Shown in pieces: positions 1 to 10,623 of a stretch of 64,000 nt of DNA. Each line of letters opens with the position of its first letter. The first letter of the stretch is position 1. Below the pieces are notes generated by a model. The model searched no databases and had not been told where the DNA came from. It saw nothing but the letters and a program-made list of their open reading frames with translations. This DNA is from Nitrospirota bacterium (lineage in GTDB: Bacteria; Nitrospirota; UBA9217). The position numbers and the translations under genes were made by a program. The stretch lies in contig CAWFSF010000006.1 in assembly GCA_963818475.1 (NCBI GenBank), forward strand, positions 128,001 through 192,000. Direction: 5' to 3'.

Positions 1-651
1 TCGGTAAAAAAAGAGAAATGCATGACGATGCTGAATTATCCCGACCGGTCTATCTTTTTCAAAAGGCCGAGGACAAGAAAAGACCATAAGTTCATTGTCG
101 TCTATCCCGGTACTATCAATTGGCACCAGGGAGTCGATGTCGCAGTCAGGGCATTTGCCCTGATAAAGGACCAAGCTCCCGAAGCGGAATTCAATATCTA
201 CGGCGACGGGCCGATGCGGGCAGAAATCCAGAAACTTATCGTTGAACTTGGCGTGCAGGAGCGTGTTTTCTTACGGGGGGTTCTTCCGTCAGATCAGGTA
301 GCATCGGTAATGGCTAGTGCGGATTTGGGGGTCGTCCCAAAGAGAAACGATTTTTTTGGTGGCGACGCATTCAGCACGAAGATACTTGAGTTTATGGCCC
401 TCGGTGTCCCAGTCGTCGTTGCAGCGACCCGTATCGACCGCTATTATTTCAATGAGAGTATTGTCAGGTTCTTCGAGCCAGAAAACGAAAGAGCACTCGC
501 TGTAGCTATCATAGACCTAGTAAGGAATAAAGAAAGCAGGGAATGCTTATCCTCGAATGCAATTGCATTTGTCGCCGATTACACTTGGGATAAGAAAGAG
601 ATGAAATATATTTCTCTTGTTGATAATCTCATAGAGAAGGGTGCAGGCTGA
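1..651 (+). CDS. GT4 family glycosyltransferase, C-terminal part (probably starts upstream of the window)
   Basis: GT-B C-terminal motifs (YPGTINWHQGVD, STKILEFMALGVPVV); no N-terminal domain in the window. Confidence 0.85.
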   Translation, partial: SVKKEKCMTMLNYPDRSIFFKRPRTRKDHKFIVVYPGTINWHQGVDVAVRAFALIKDQAPEAEFNIYGDGPMRAEIQKLIVELGVQERVFLRGVLPSDQVASVMASADLGVVPKRNDFFGGDAFSTKILEFMALGVPVVVAATRIDRYYFNESIVRFFEPENERALAVAIIDLVRNKESRECLSSNAIAFVADYTWDKKEMKYISLVDNLIEKGAG

Positions 652-744
652 TTACGCCTCGCTTCGAACGTTTTCTGACCCTGTATCGTACAACCCTTGC
701 CCGTTAATCCTGCATGCAGCGTATAAAGTGAGAAAGATAGTAAA

Positions 745-1698
745 ATGCAAAATACTCTCCCGATGATATCTGTAATAATTGTTAGCTGGAATGCAAAGAA
801 GTACCTTGAACAATGCCTTCAATCTATACGTAGCTGCTCAGACGCATCTGCTGCCGAAATCATAGTTGTCGATAATGCTTCCACTGACGGCTCCCCTGAA
901 ATCGTAAGAGAAAGATTCTCAGATGTGAAGTTAATATGCAATTCGGATAATCTTGGATTTGCCAAGGCCAACAATATTGGAATTGGCCAAAGTCACGGTA
1001 AATACCTTTTTCTTATTAATTCCGATGTTGTCGTTTATCCCAATTGTTTCAGTTCCATAACTAATTACATGGAAGCTCAGCCGCAGATTGGCCTGCTTGG
1101 GCCAAGAATCACCGGCTTTGATGGTAAAGTCCAAAGATCTTGCATGGGGTACCCATCCCTTTGGAATTTATTCTGTCGGGCAATTTTATTAGCTACGCTC
1201 TTTCCACGCTTTAAGGTTTTTAATGGGTACGAACTAAGCCATTGGGCGCATGATGAAGTCAAAGAGGTTGATGTGATAAATGGCTGCTTTTGGACGGTTA
1301 GACGCGAAGCTATTGAAGAAATAGGTTTGATGGATGAGAATTTCTTTATGTATGCAGAAGACATTGACTGGTGCAAAAGATTCAATAATGCCGGTTGGAA
1401 AGTTGTCTATTATCCGCTGGTAGAAGCTCTGCACTATGGGGGCGCGAGTTCATCGAACGCACCAATCAGGTTTTATATTGAAATGCAAAATGCGAACTTA
1501 AGGTTTTGGGGCAAGCACTACGGCAGTTTCTCTCTCGGTGTCTACAGGTGCATTCTCCTTCTGCATCAGTCATTACGGACACTTGGCTATTCAATGTATT
1601 ACCTGCTTACATCAGAGAGGAAAGATGCCAACCTTTACAAAATCAAAAGAAGTATTGTCAGCATATTGGCGCTACTGAAAATCAAGGTCAGCTGGTAA
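745..1698 (+). CDS. GT2 family glycosyltransferase
   Basis: ISVIIVSWN, VVDNASTDGS, NLGFAKANN, INSD, FFMYAEDIDWC. Confidence 0.9.
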   Translation: MQNTLPMISVIIVSWNAKKYLEQCLQSIRSCSDASAAEIIVVDNASTDGSPEIVRERFSDVKLICNSDNLGFAKANNIGIGQSHGKYLFLINSDVVVYPNCFSSITNYMEAQPQIGLLGPRITGFDGKVQRSCMGYPSLWNLFCRAILLATLFPRFKVFNGYELSHWAHDEVKEVDVINGCFWTVRREAIEEIGLMDENFFMYAEDIDWCKRFNNAGWKVVYYPLVEALHYGGASSSNAPIRFYIEMQNANLRFWGKHYGSFSLGVYRCILLLHQSLRTLGYSMYYLLTSERKDANLYKIKRSIVSILALLKIKVSW

Positions 1699-1722
1699 TT
1701 CTTCTGCAAGGAGTATAAAGCC

Positions 1723-2601
1723 ATGATACATAACAGCTACGTATTGATAACTCCTGCAAAAAATGAAGATGCGTACATCGAAAAGACCATTCAGTCTGTC
1801 ATATCCCAAACAATCCCGCCGCTCAAATGGATAATTGTGAGTGACGGGTCTACTGATAGAACTGATGCCATAGTTGAAAGTTATTTAGAGAACAATCCCT
1901 TTATGGTGCTTCTTAAGAAAAAGGGGGACGTGCAGAGAAATTTTGGATCTCAGGTGCGCGCATTTAACGTAGGATACGAAAAAGTGAAGGGGCTTGAATA
2001 TGATTACATCGGCAACTTGGACGCAGATGTCTCATTCCAACCGGATTACTATGAAGTTATCCTGAGAAGATTCCGGGAACGTCCGCGCCTGGGAATCGGC
2101 GGGGGATATATTTACGAAGAACAGGGCGGAAAATTCGCTTCACGGTCTGGAAATAGGACGTACTCGGTTGCGCATGCTGTACAGCTATTGAGAAGAAGCT
2201 GTTTCGAAGATATCGGCGGGTACGTACCTCTGAAGCATGGTGGTTCAGATTCGTATGCTGAGGTTATGGCAAGGATGAAGGAGTGGGAGGTGCAGGCGTT
2301 TACTGATCTCCCCGTCTACCATCATAAGCCGACATTGACTGCTGAGGGCAAACTCAAAGGTGCTTTCAGGCAGGGAAGAATGGATTACTCTCTTGGGGGC
2401 AGTCCCTTTTTTGAAATTTTTAAATGCCTTTCAAGAATTAATGTAAAACCCTATGGCTTATATTTGGCCTGCAGATTTATCGGTTTTATTTCTGGTTATT
2501 TTGAACTTGAAGAAAAGTCTGTTGCAAAGGATTTTATGAAGCATCTTCGACAGGAACAATCGCAAAAAATTGTCGATGTTCTTTTGAGGCGCTTGAGGTA
2601 G
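1723..2601 (+). CDS. GT2 family glycosyltransferase
   Basis: ITPAKNE, VSDGSTD, LDAD motifs; RBS aaggag upstream. Confidence 0.9.
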   Translation: MIHNSYVLITPAKNEDAYIEKTIQSVISQTIPPLKWIIVSDGSTDRTDAIVESYLENNPFMVLLKKKGDVQRNFGSQVRAFNVGYEKVKGLEYDYIGNLDADVSFQPDYYEVILRRFRERPRLGIGGGYIYEEQGGKFASRSGNRTYSVAHAVQLLRRSCFEDIGGYVPLKHGGSDSYAEVMARMKEWEVQAFTDLPVYHHKPTLTAEGKLKGAFRQGRMDYSLGGSPFFEIFKCLSRINVKPYGLYLACRFIGFISGYFELEEKSVAKDFMKHLRQEQSQKIVDVLLRRLR

Positions 2602-2788
2602 GTCTGCCCCCTCCAGCTAACTAAAAAAGAGATTTCGCTCCTGATGACCTTTAAGTGTATTCTTCTTAGTGAGACAGGCATTGAGATAGTCATAAGTTAA
2701 TCAGCATCCCTCCACAGCTCAATATCTATGATGCTAAAGGGTTGGCGAAGCTATTTTTTTGATATTTTAACCTTGTGGTGAGAGCAGA

Positions 2789-4057
2789 ATGAGCGACTTA
2801 GCTTCAGTATTTCTGGTGGTAAACGCGGTCTTATTGCTGGTGTTACCTCGGAGGTGGGCGCCTCTTCCACTCCTGATCGGCGCTTGCTATATGACCCTGG
2901 GCCAGGGAATCGAGGTAGGGCAGTTTACCTTCACCGTGATTCGCATGTTAGTGGCCATAGGAGTGGTACGGGTAATTATACGCGGCGAGCGATTTGCAGG
3001 CAAACTGAATGCTATGGACCATCTGATGGTGATATGGGCGATCTATGCGGTGTTCAACAGCGCCTTTCACAATGATCCCTCTGACACACTCGTAACCCGA
3101 CTTGGCCTCGTTTACAATGCCTGTGGCATTTATTTCCTTCTTCGTATATTCTGTCGGTCACTCGACGACGTGGTGGGACTGTGCCGCGTCACTGCAATTC
3201 TGCTGGCTCCGGTAGCCGTCGAGATGCTCTACGAAAAACTGACGGGGCACAACCTATTCTCTGTACTGGGGGGCGTCTCGGAAAATCCGGTAATCCGGGA
3301 GGGTAGAATTCGTGCTCAGGGGCCTTTTTCCCATGCTATCCTAGCGGGTTCGATAGGTGCTGCATGCATTCCTCTTATGATTGGAATATGGCATCGGCAA
3401 AGAAAAGAAGCAATAATCGGACTTTTGGCCTGCATGATAATGATTGTTGCGTCTTCATCGAGTGGGCCGATCCTGAGCGCTATGGCAGGAATAGGAGCTT
3501 TGGGAATGTGGCATTACCGCCATATGATGCGCGTGGTCAGGTGGATCGCGGTGCTGGGCTATGTTGGGTTGGATTTGTTCATGAAGGCACCAGCTTATTA
3601 TCTCATAGCGCGCATTGATTTAACTGGTGGGAGCACAGGATGGCATCGAGCCGAGTTGCTAAAATCAGCCTTTCAGCACCTCACTGAATGGTGGATTGCC
3701 GGAACGGATTACACTCGTCATTGGATGCCTACGGGTGTTGCATGGAGCGAGAAACACACGGACATTACGAATCATTACCTTCGCATGGGAGTAATGGGAG
3801 GACTGCCTTTGATGCTGCTGTTCATTGCCGTTCTGGCGATAGGTTTTTCTTTTGTTGGCCAGACACAACGGCATGAGACTGAATTGGCACCCAAGTCCCG
3901 GTTTCTGGTTTGGACGCTTGGGGCGTCTCTATTTGTGCATACCACAACATTCATGTCAGTCTCATACGTCGACCAGTCGTTTCTGTTCGTTTACCTGACA
4001 CTTGCGGCAATTAGCTCTATACAATTGGAGCGCAGTCATAAAGAGCCTCATTGTTGA
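2789..4057 (+). CDS. O-antigen polymerase/ligase-like (Wzy-like) membrane protein
   Basis: Many hydrophobic segments; RAQGPFSHAI and DITNHYL-type motifs; located in a glycan locus. Confidence 0.7.
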   Translation: MSDLASVFLVVNAVLLLVLPRRWAPLPLLIGACYMTLGQGIEVGQFTFTVIRMLVAIGVVRVIIRGERFAGKLNAMDHLMVIWAIYAVFNSAFHNDPSDTLVTRLGLVYNACGIYFLLRIFCRSLDDVVGLCRVTAILLAPVAVEMLYEKLTGHNLFSVLGGVSENPVIREGRIRAQGPFSHAILAGSIGAACIPLMIGIWHRQRKEAIIGLLACMIMIVASSSSGPILSAMAGIGALGMWHYRHMMRVVRWIAVLGYVGLDLFMKAPAYYLIARIDLTGGSTGWHRAELLKSAFQHLTEWWIAGTDYTRHWMPTGVAWSEKHTDITNHYLRMGVMGGLPLMLLFIAVLAIGFSFVGQTQRHETELAPKSRFLVWTLGASLFVHTTTFMSVSYVDQSFLFVYLTLAAISSIQLERSHKEPHC

Positions 4058-4109
4058 GAGTATTTCAGCGGCCTGTTGCAGTAAATGAGTGAAAAGATAT
4101 AAGTCGTAA

Positions 4110-4155
4110 AAATGTGATTTGAAACACTTTATTTGGGTAAGTATATTATTACAAT
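4110..4155 (+). promoter_or_regulatory. Crp-type site TGTGA-N6-ACACT (4113-4128) plus -10 TACAAT (4150-4155); class II geometry
   Basis: AAATGTGATTTGAAACACTTT centred at 4120.5, which is -41.5 relative to the TACAAT hexamer. Confidence 0.65.
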
Positions 4156-4200
4156 ATGAGCACAAGGTTGCAAGGGTTATTATATAAGGGAGGATTAACC

Positions 4201-5601
4201 ATGTGCTCAACGAGGATTATGAAGGATACTAGGGTAACAATCATTACAATTTTTATGTTACTATTAACTATTTCTACAAGTTTTGCAAGTACCTATTATG
4301 TCCGTACTGATGGCAGCGACAGCTGCAACGGAACGGCTGATGCGGCGGGTTCGTCCGGGAACTGTGCAAAAAAAACCATCCAGGCCGGAGTAGATCTCGC
4401 TTATGCCGGCGACACGGTGACCGTTCACACAGGAACCTATACCGGAAGTTCACCGATCTTTACGTCTGCCAGGAGTGGTTCGTCGGGTTCACTGATTACC
4501 GTTCAGGCGGCGAGCGGAGAGACCGTGCGCATATCCCGTGTCATCATTACGCATAATTACAATGTTGTGAAAGGATTTACGGTAACCGGTTCAGGGGGCT
4601 TAAGTAGCGCAGGCATTCACTTGGCTGGAAGCTATAACAAGGCACTAAACAATACTGTCATGGGGAATGGTACTCCCATGGGATCATTTAATGGAGATGC
4701 CACAGGTGTTCATGCAGAGGGGAGCTATAACACCGTATCACATAATACCTTCGACGGCCAGGGAAACGGGACGACCACCAGTTTTAACCGGGCAATGTAT
4801 ATTTCTGGAACCTCCAACGAGGTAACCTATAACACGATCAAAGAGGCCAATAGCATCGAGCGGGTATTTGAGGTATATGGAACGTCGAACCGGCTGGCTA
4901 ACAATGAGGTAAAAAACTGCGACTGGACAATTTCAGGTCCGCATCCTGATGTGTTCCAGATATTTGGTGGCAGTAGCTCAAATGGGATAATCGTTGAAAA
5001 TAACTATATCCATGACTTCAACGGGCAAATCGGGAATTTCACATCAACAGGAGGAACAAAGTCTTGGACATTCAGAAATAACGTATTTGCCAATGTTACA
5101 ATGCCAGCGAATATTGCAATCCCGATGAACTTCTATAACAATACGTTTTATCGGTGCAGCACATCAACAGGGGTATATAATTGGCCTATAAACGCTACAT
5201 ACACCGGTGCCTCAGTAATAGCAAAAAATAATGCTTTTATCGCCTGCGGAGCAACGGTAAACAATGGATGGTATGCCGGATATGTAACGAAAGATTACAA
5301 TTTCGTTTCCAATACGGCAACAGGCGCAACAAAGACAGGTTTTAGTGAGACTCATGGGGTGAACGGCGGCGATCCTAAACTGACTGCATATTACAATGAT
5401 TGCTCAGCGAATACTTGCAACTTCCATATCAGTGCTACCTCTGCTTTAATAGACAATGCTACCGTCGTTTCTGGATACACCACGGATATAGACGGAGCCG
5501 CTCGCCCACAAGGGGCTGCGTGGGATATTGGGGCGTACGAGTATGGCTCTGGAACTACTATTGCCGCAAGGCCTATGCCTCCAGTACTTTCGGTTTACTA
5601 A
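4201..5601 (+). CDS. Secreted right-handed beta-helix protein with C-terminal choice-of-anchor Q-like motif
   Basis: RBS ggagg before ATG 4201; signal peptide; TYYVRTDG start; Asn-rich repeats; DIDGAARPQGAAWDIGAYEY. Confidence 0.75.
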   Translation: MCSTRIMKDTRVTIITIFMLLLTISTSFASTYYVRTDGSDSCNGTADAAGSSGNCAKKTIQAGVDLAYAGDTVTVHTGTYTGSSPIFTSARSGSSGSLITVQAASGETVRISRVIITHNYNVVKGFTVTGSGGLSSAGIHLAGSYNKALNNTVMGNGTPMGSFNGDATGVHAEGSYNTVSHNTFDGQGNGTTTSFNRAMYISGTSNEVTYNTIKEANSIERVFEVYGTSNRLANNEVKNCDWTISGPHPDVFQIFGGSSSNGIIVENNYIHDFNGQIGNFTSTGGTKSWTFRNNVFANVTMPANIAIPMNFYNNTFYRCSTSTGVYNWPINATYTGASVIAKNNAFIACGATVNNGWYAGYVTKDYNFVSNTATGATKTGFSETHGVNGGDPKLTAYYNDCSANTCNFHISATSALIDNATVVSGYTTDIDGAARPQGAAWDIGAYEYGSGTTIAARPMPPVLSVY

Positions 5602-5704
5602 GGAGTTTATTTTAAACCGATTCAGCGTTAAAGCCTTGTTACTCTAATGACCGCAAAACCTTACGCCTGACTTGTGATGAACGCTGCAGCCTGAAGGGAT
5701 GTAA

Positions 5705-5726
5705 CCCCCCAGCCCTCGCTGGGGGG
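5705..5726. terminator. GC-rich hairpin downstream of the beta-helix gene
   Basis: ccccccagc-cctc-gctgggggg perfect 9-bp stem; no clear U-tract. Confidence 0.35.
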
Positions 5727-6006
5727 ATATGTCCATCATAGAACCACTATAGACTACCGCTTGCCCCATTTTCACTTCTTGCAACATTCAAATGAAATAA
5801 ACTTAACTAAAATGTTACAAGGGTGTCTGGCTGTTGATACTCCTCTGCTTTCAATGGACGGTACTGCACTTTTCATTGCCTCGATACGCTCTTCTCAGTG
5901 ACGCATCTCTTTTTCAATCGGTTGTTTCGTTGTTGAAGCTCAATTTGCCATCTACCTAAAGACAAGCTGCTTTGCTTACCTACCTTCAGAATCAGAGCGT
6001 GATATC

Positions 6007-7428
6007 ATGAAAATACTGGTCGCGATCGCGAACTACGGCACAAAGAACTCGAAGTATCTGGACAAGCTTTTGATCGAATATAAGTCCATGCCATATGACG
6101 TTAGCATCGTTGTACTATCCAATATACAGAAGAATCTGGGTGCTGATATTGAAGTTTTAGTAGGCCTCCCTATAAAAGATCCGTGGTCGTTGACTTTTGG
6201 GTATAAAAAGCTGTTCGCTGACCGGGTTGATGATTACGATTTGTTCATATATTCGGAAGACGATACACTTATAACTAAGCGGAATATCGATGCTTTTCTC
6301 GCGATGACAAGGATGCTCCCGGAGGAATATATTGCCGGATTCATTCGCTATGAGATTTCTGAAAAAGGAAGGACATACTACAATGACTTTCATAAACATT
6401 TCCATTGGGACCCAAATTCGGTTGTAAAGATCGGCGGGGATAGCTTCGCTTATTACACGAATGAACATTCAGCGTGTTTTATGCTGACCCACGGTCAACT
6501 GCAAAGGGTTATCAACTCGGGAGGTTTTCTTTTACCGCCGAGAAGAGGCCGTTATGCTATGCCCGAAACCGCTGCCACGGACCCCTACACGCAATGCGGG
6601 TTGAAAAAGCTCATTTGTATTTCCCGTTTAAAAGACTTTTGTGTCCATCATCTTCCTAATGTTTACATTGGGAAAATGGGGGTTGATGCCGAGGATGCAG
6701 AACGGGAGATTGATAGACTTCGAGCAATATACGGAACGAATACAGCTCGCGGGCCTCTGGTAGACACAAACACGCTGCTCGAACACGATACATGGGAAAA
6801 AAAGTATTATGAACCTTGCCGAAATGACATTTTTTCGCTGATCCCGAAAGACGTTAAAAAGGTGTTGTCAGTCGGATGTTCATGTGGCTCGACTGAATCC
6901 GAATTGGTCAAGCAGGGCATTGAAGTCGTTGGGATTCCTTTAGATTGTGTCATTCAGGTTAGTGCTGAGGCAAGAGGGGTCAAAGTGGCCCCTCCAAGTT
7001 TCGCGGCGGCCATGCATGCACTACAAGATGAGGACTTTGATTGCATACTGTTCCCTGATATTCTTCAACATTACGCTGAACCCACCTCTTTATTGAAAGA
7101 ATTTATGAAACTGCTTGGGAGGTCTGGGTCCATTATTATCAGTGTTCCGAATTTCAACCACCCCTCGACTGTGCGTAAGAGGATTCTTGGGAAAATGCTG
7201 TTTTCAAAGGTTAACAGTAAGCGCTCCTTTGAGAAACATAAAATACATTTTACGACTCGACACGTCATTGAGTCATGGTTGGAAAGATGCGGGCTGAAGG
7301 TGGTGCGCAAGCATTGCCAGGTTGAACCTCACCGTGAACGTTTGAATCGATTCACCATGGGGTTGCTGAAAGGTATCCTGTCGAGAAACGTTGTCGTTCT
7401 GTGCAAACGGACCGCATCTAATACATAG
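6007..7428 (+). CDS. Glycosyltransferase-like N-terminal domain fused to class I SAM methyltransferase
   Basis: N-term DLFIYSEDD; C-term KVLSVGCSCG, FDCILFPDILQH, ISVPN. Confidence 0.7.
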   Translation: MKILVAIANYGTKNSKYLDKLLIEYKSMPYDVSIVVLSNIQKNLGADIEVLVGLPIKDPWSLTFGYKKLFADRVDDYDLFIYSEDDTLITKRNIDAFLAMTRMLPEEYIAGFIRYEISEKGRTYYNDFHKHFHWDPNSVVKIGGDSFAYYTNEHSACFMLTHGQLQRVINSGGFLLPPRRGRYAMPETAATDPYTQCGLKKLICISRLKDFCVHHLPNVYIGKMGVDAEDAEREIDRLRAIYGTNTARGPLVDTNTLLEHDTWEKKYYEPCRNDIFSLIPKDVKKVLSVGCSCGSTESELVKQGIEVVGIPLDCVIQVSAEARGVKVAPPSFAAAMHALQDEDFDCILFPDILQHYAEPTSLLKEFMKLLGRSGSIIISVPNFNHPSTVRKRILGKMLFSKVNSKRSFEKHKIHFTTRHVIESWLERCGLKVVRKHCQVEPHRERLNRFTMGLLKGILSRNVVVLCKRTASNT

Positions 7429-7512
7429 GTTAGTACGAATGATGTTTGCTTGCGTTATTCTGAGAATAAGGGCCGGTTATGCTAATCTTGTTTCCAGCAA
7501 ACCAGGTGGTGG

Positions 7513-8460
7513 TTGGAAATGATGGCGGTTGATGCAAAAGTGGGTGTTGTGATCCCTCTGTACAACAAGGGAACCTTGGTGCGCAGAGCATTGAACTCGG
7601 TTCTTAGTCAGACCTATCAGAACTTCGAGGTAATAGTCGTGGATGACGGTTCAACCGACGAAGGGCCGGATTTGGTCCGCGAATGTTCCGATCCGAGGGT
7701 TCGATTGATAGAACAGGCAAATGCAGGACCAGGGGCAGCCCGCAATCGTGGAATTCAGGATTCGCAGGCTCCTTATCTTACTTTCCTCGATGCCGATGAC
7801 GAGTGGCTGCCTCGTTTTCTGGAAGAATGCATGGATGGCTTAAGAAGCCATCCGGACTGCGATGCTGTCATCGGTCCGACACTGTTCGGACCGGAGAGGA
7901 AAGACCACTGCCCGGTGTGGCAACAGAGGGGGATCACAGAGGGTGTCTGGTCCCTCGGGGCTGACCCCACCTGGGAACACCTGTGCCGCATGATGGATCT
8001 GTTCTCGACCGGACGCGTATTGTACCGTAGTCCGGCGGTCGTTCGATATGGAGGGTTCTACAGCAAGGACAAGTGCCGCTTCAGCGAAGATAAGTATTTA
8101 TGGCTGCAGGTGGTATTGAACCACAGAGTTTTCATTTTCATGAAGTCACTCTTCTGGTATCACTCGGAGGACTCTCAACTCTATCCGCCAAGCATGTACG
8201 GCAGGCCGGGGTTCATACCACCTGTGCTGAGCGACCCGGATGGAATACTCCGAAACTGTCCGTCTCAGTTCATGCCCATTCTTCAGAAGTACCTCTGCCA
8301 TGAGGCCATTGGTTCTTTGCATGAGAACGCCCATACGTCGCAAGCCTCCCAGGTTATTGAGATCATGGAAACGCTGCCTCTGAGACGGTCCTTTCCGTGG
8401 CGATACGCCAAGGCACGAGTCAGGACATTAATCTACCAGTCCTTCGGGGTGAAGTTGTGA
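7513..8460 (+). CDS. GT2 family glycosyltransferase
   Basis: VVIPLYNK, VVDDGSTD, ARNRG, FLDADD. Confidence 0.9.
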   Translation: MEMMAVDAKVGVVIPLYNKGTLVRRALNSVLSQTYQNFEVIVVDDGSTDEGPDLVRECSDPRVRLIEQANAGPGAARNRGIQDSQAPYLTFLDADDEWLPRFLEECMDGLRSHPDCDAVIGPTLFGPERKDHCPVWQQRGITEGVWSLGADPTWEHLCRMMDLFSTGRVLYRSPAVVRYGGFYSKDKCRFSEDKYLWLQVVLNHRVFIFMKSLFWYHSEDSQLYPPSMYGRPGFIPPVLSDPDGILRNCPSQFMPILQKYLCHEAIGSLHENAHTSQASQVIEIMETLPLRRSFPWRYAKARVRTLIYQSFGVKL

Positions 8461-9347
8461 GACGCCTTGTTCGATCCATGGTCCCACTAGCAATTCGTGA
8501 GAAATACCGCTATCTGCGCGCGTGTGTGCTCAGCCTGGGATTGCGCGGCGGCGGAAACCATGTCATGACTCTTGAAGAACGCAGGGCCAGTGCCTTCATC
8601 TCTGTGGTAGTCGCGATCCACGATGCCCCCGAGGTGACCGATCGGTGCCTGCGCAGCCTGGAGCGAAATGGCGGTGACGCCGAGGTCATCTTGATCGATG
8701 ACGGATCAAGGCTTGACCGAACACGGGAGGTGATAGATCAGGCCATTGCCAGGAACGGCTGGGCCGTGTCCCGTCATGCAACTGCCCGCGGTCACAGCCG
8801 GTCATGTGAGCAGGGGGTGAAGATGGCTCACCGGGATTATATTTGCTTTTTAAATTCGGACACTGTCGTGACTCCGTTTAGTTGGGCGGGTATGGTCAAG
8901 GCTCTTCAAACAGATCCTCGTGTCGGCGTGGTGGGCCCCTCTACGAGCAACGCGAGCACACGCCAAAAGATCCGGCGTGCGGAACTTTGCCGCTTGTATT
9001 GGACAGATGCACAGATCGACGAGTTTGCTTTCCGGCACATCACCCGAAACCAGGCAGCCGCACCCGTGGACATGGAGTATGTGGGGGGATTTGCTTTTAT
9101 GGTGACCCGAGCTGCCTGGAAAGAAAGTGGAGGGTTTGATCCGAATCTCTCCAACTTTGGCAACGAGGTCGAATTGTGCCGGCGATTGAATGGGCGAGGG
9201 TATCGGACATTATGGACGCGGTCAAGCTACATCCACCACTTCGGGGAGAGCAGCTTTCTACAGCATTTCACGTCCGAGGAACTGCACCATCAGCGCGTCA
9301 TGGCCAGCCGCTACATCCGCTCCAAGCGGGATAAGCAGGAAGCATAA
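8457..9347 (+). CDS. GT2 family glycosyltransferase
   Basis: LIDDGS, FLNSDT, GGFD motifs; GTG 8457 overlaps the upstream stop (start uncertain). Confidence 0.85.
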   Translation: MRRLVRSMVPLAIREKYRYLRACVLSLGLRGGGNHVMTLEERRASAFISVVVAIHDAPEVTDRCLRSLERNGGDAEVILIDDGSRLDRTREVIDQAIARNGWAVSRHATARGHSRSCEQGVKMAHRDYICFLNSDTVVTPFSWAGMVKALQTDPRVGVVGPSTSNASTRQKIRRAELCRLYWTDAQIDEFAFRHITRNQAAAPVDMEYVGGFAFMVTRAAWKESGGFDPNLSNFGNEVELCRRLNGRGYRTLWTRSSYIHHFGESSFLQHFTSEELHHQRVMASRYIRSKRDKQEA

Positions 9348-9351
9348 AGTA

Positions 9352-10518
9352 ATGAATACTAAGAATAACATGGCATTTAAAGCATTTAGAAAAACTATCT
9401 TCTTTAGTGACGTTTTTTTAGCCAGGCTTTTACTGCGATTAGGCTACGAAAGTAATTCTCTAATAATTCTTTGTTTTCACACCACTTTTGTATCTGAAGA
9501 AGAAAAAAAAGATAGCTTGAAAGTAGCTCTGTCTCATGATGGAATAACGCTTGATAGACTCCGAAATGTCATCAGCTATTTCCTGGCTTCAGGATACACG
9601 TTCATCTCTCCTGAAAATATGTGTGATGGCCTAAGGAACAACAAAAAATATGCAATGCTCACTTTTGATGATGGGTATGCAAACAATAAAATAACGCTAC
9701 CTCTGCTTAAACACTACAACGTCCCGGCAGTATTTTTTGTCTCAATTGGCAATGTTATAAATAACAAGTGCTTTTGGTGGGATGTCGTATACAGAGAGAT
9801 GCTCATGCGGCATTCTTCCTTAGAAGATATCAGGATCGAGATTCAGAGACTTAAAAACTGTAAAACGGAAGAAATCGATGAATACATTTACACGAATTAC
9901 GGCACGAATGCTTTCAAGCCTGTAAGTGAGTTGGACCGGCCGTTTAGTGTCAAAGAACTAAGGGAATTCTCTGCTGAACCATTAGTGTGTGTCGGGAATC
10001 ATACTTTCGATCACTCAATCCTTACGAATTATAATGAAAGTGACATCAGAGTGAAGGTCTCACGTGCGCAGGATGCTCTCTACGACATTACCCGATGCAG
10101 TATACCGATTATTTCATATCCAAGCGGACGCTATTCAAGTCAAGTAATCGACATATGCAGGGAGATGAATTTTTTGCTGGGTGTCACCGTGAAACCAACG
10201 AAGACACGTCTTCCGATATCGACTGCAAGTGACAAATTACTTACGCTTGGCCGTTTTAGTGTGAGCGGTAATGATTCAGATGTACTACACAATTGTTTTC
10301 TTGCACGTTATGATTTTAATTGTTGGACACTTTCTGCCGTAAATTTTTATAACTACTCAGGAAGGTTTATCCGCAGATTACGCCGATTGCACCGATTAAA
10401 ACAAACTGAGTTATTAATTGTCTCAAATAGACACAAAATGAAACTAATTCCCGCAGGTTCAATCGGGAATCATCCTGTGTTATGTCAATACTATTATGAG
10501 ACAGTTAATATTTATTAA
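9352..10518 (+). CDS. Polysaccharide deacetylase (CE4/NodB-like); C-terminus runs into a repeat element
   Basis: LTFDDGY, GNHTFDH, SYPSG motifs; AT-richer than neighbours. Confidence 0.85.
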   Translation: MNTKNNMAFKAFRKTIFFSDVFLARLLLRLGYESNSLIILCFHTTFVSEEEKKDSLKVALSHDGITLDRLRNVISYFLASGYTFISPENMCDGLRNNKKYAMLTFDDGYANNKITLPLLKHYNVPAVFFVSIGNVINNKCFWWDVVYREMLMRHSSLEDIRIEIQRLKNCKTEEIDEYIYTNYGTNAFKPVSELDRPFSVKELREFSAEPLVCVGNHTFDHSILTNYNESDIRVKVSRAQDALYDITRCSIPIISYPSGRYSSQVIDICREMNFLLGVTVKPTKTRLPISTASDKLLTLGRFSVSGNDSDVLHNCFLARYDFNCWTLSAVNFYNYSGRFIRRLRRLHRLKQTELLIVSNRHKMKLIPAGSIGNHPVLCQYYYETVNIY

Positions 10519-10580
10519 AATCTGCGTCATCTGCGAAATCTGCGGATAAAAAGGGTTTCCTCAGATTACTGAAGAGGTAC
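10349..10580. repeat. MITE-like element with 9-bp periodic inverted arms
   Basis: tttatccgcagatt (10366-10379) / aatctgcggataaa (10537-10550); units cgcagatta-cgccgattg-caccgatta; left end ataactactcag resembles the end at 23492; right end degenerate. Confidence 0.6.
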
Positions 10581-10623
10581 AGGTTTTTTACCATACAAGT
10601 ACAACGGGGCACTGAACGGAGCA

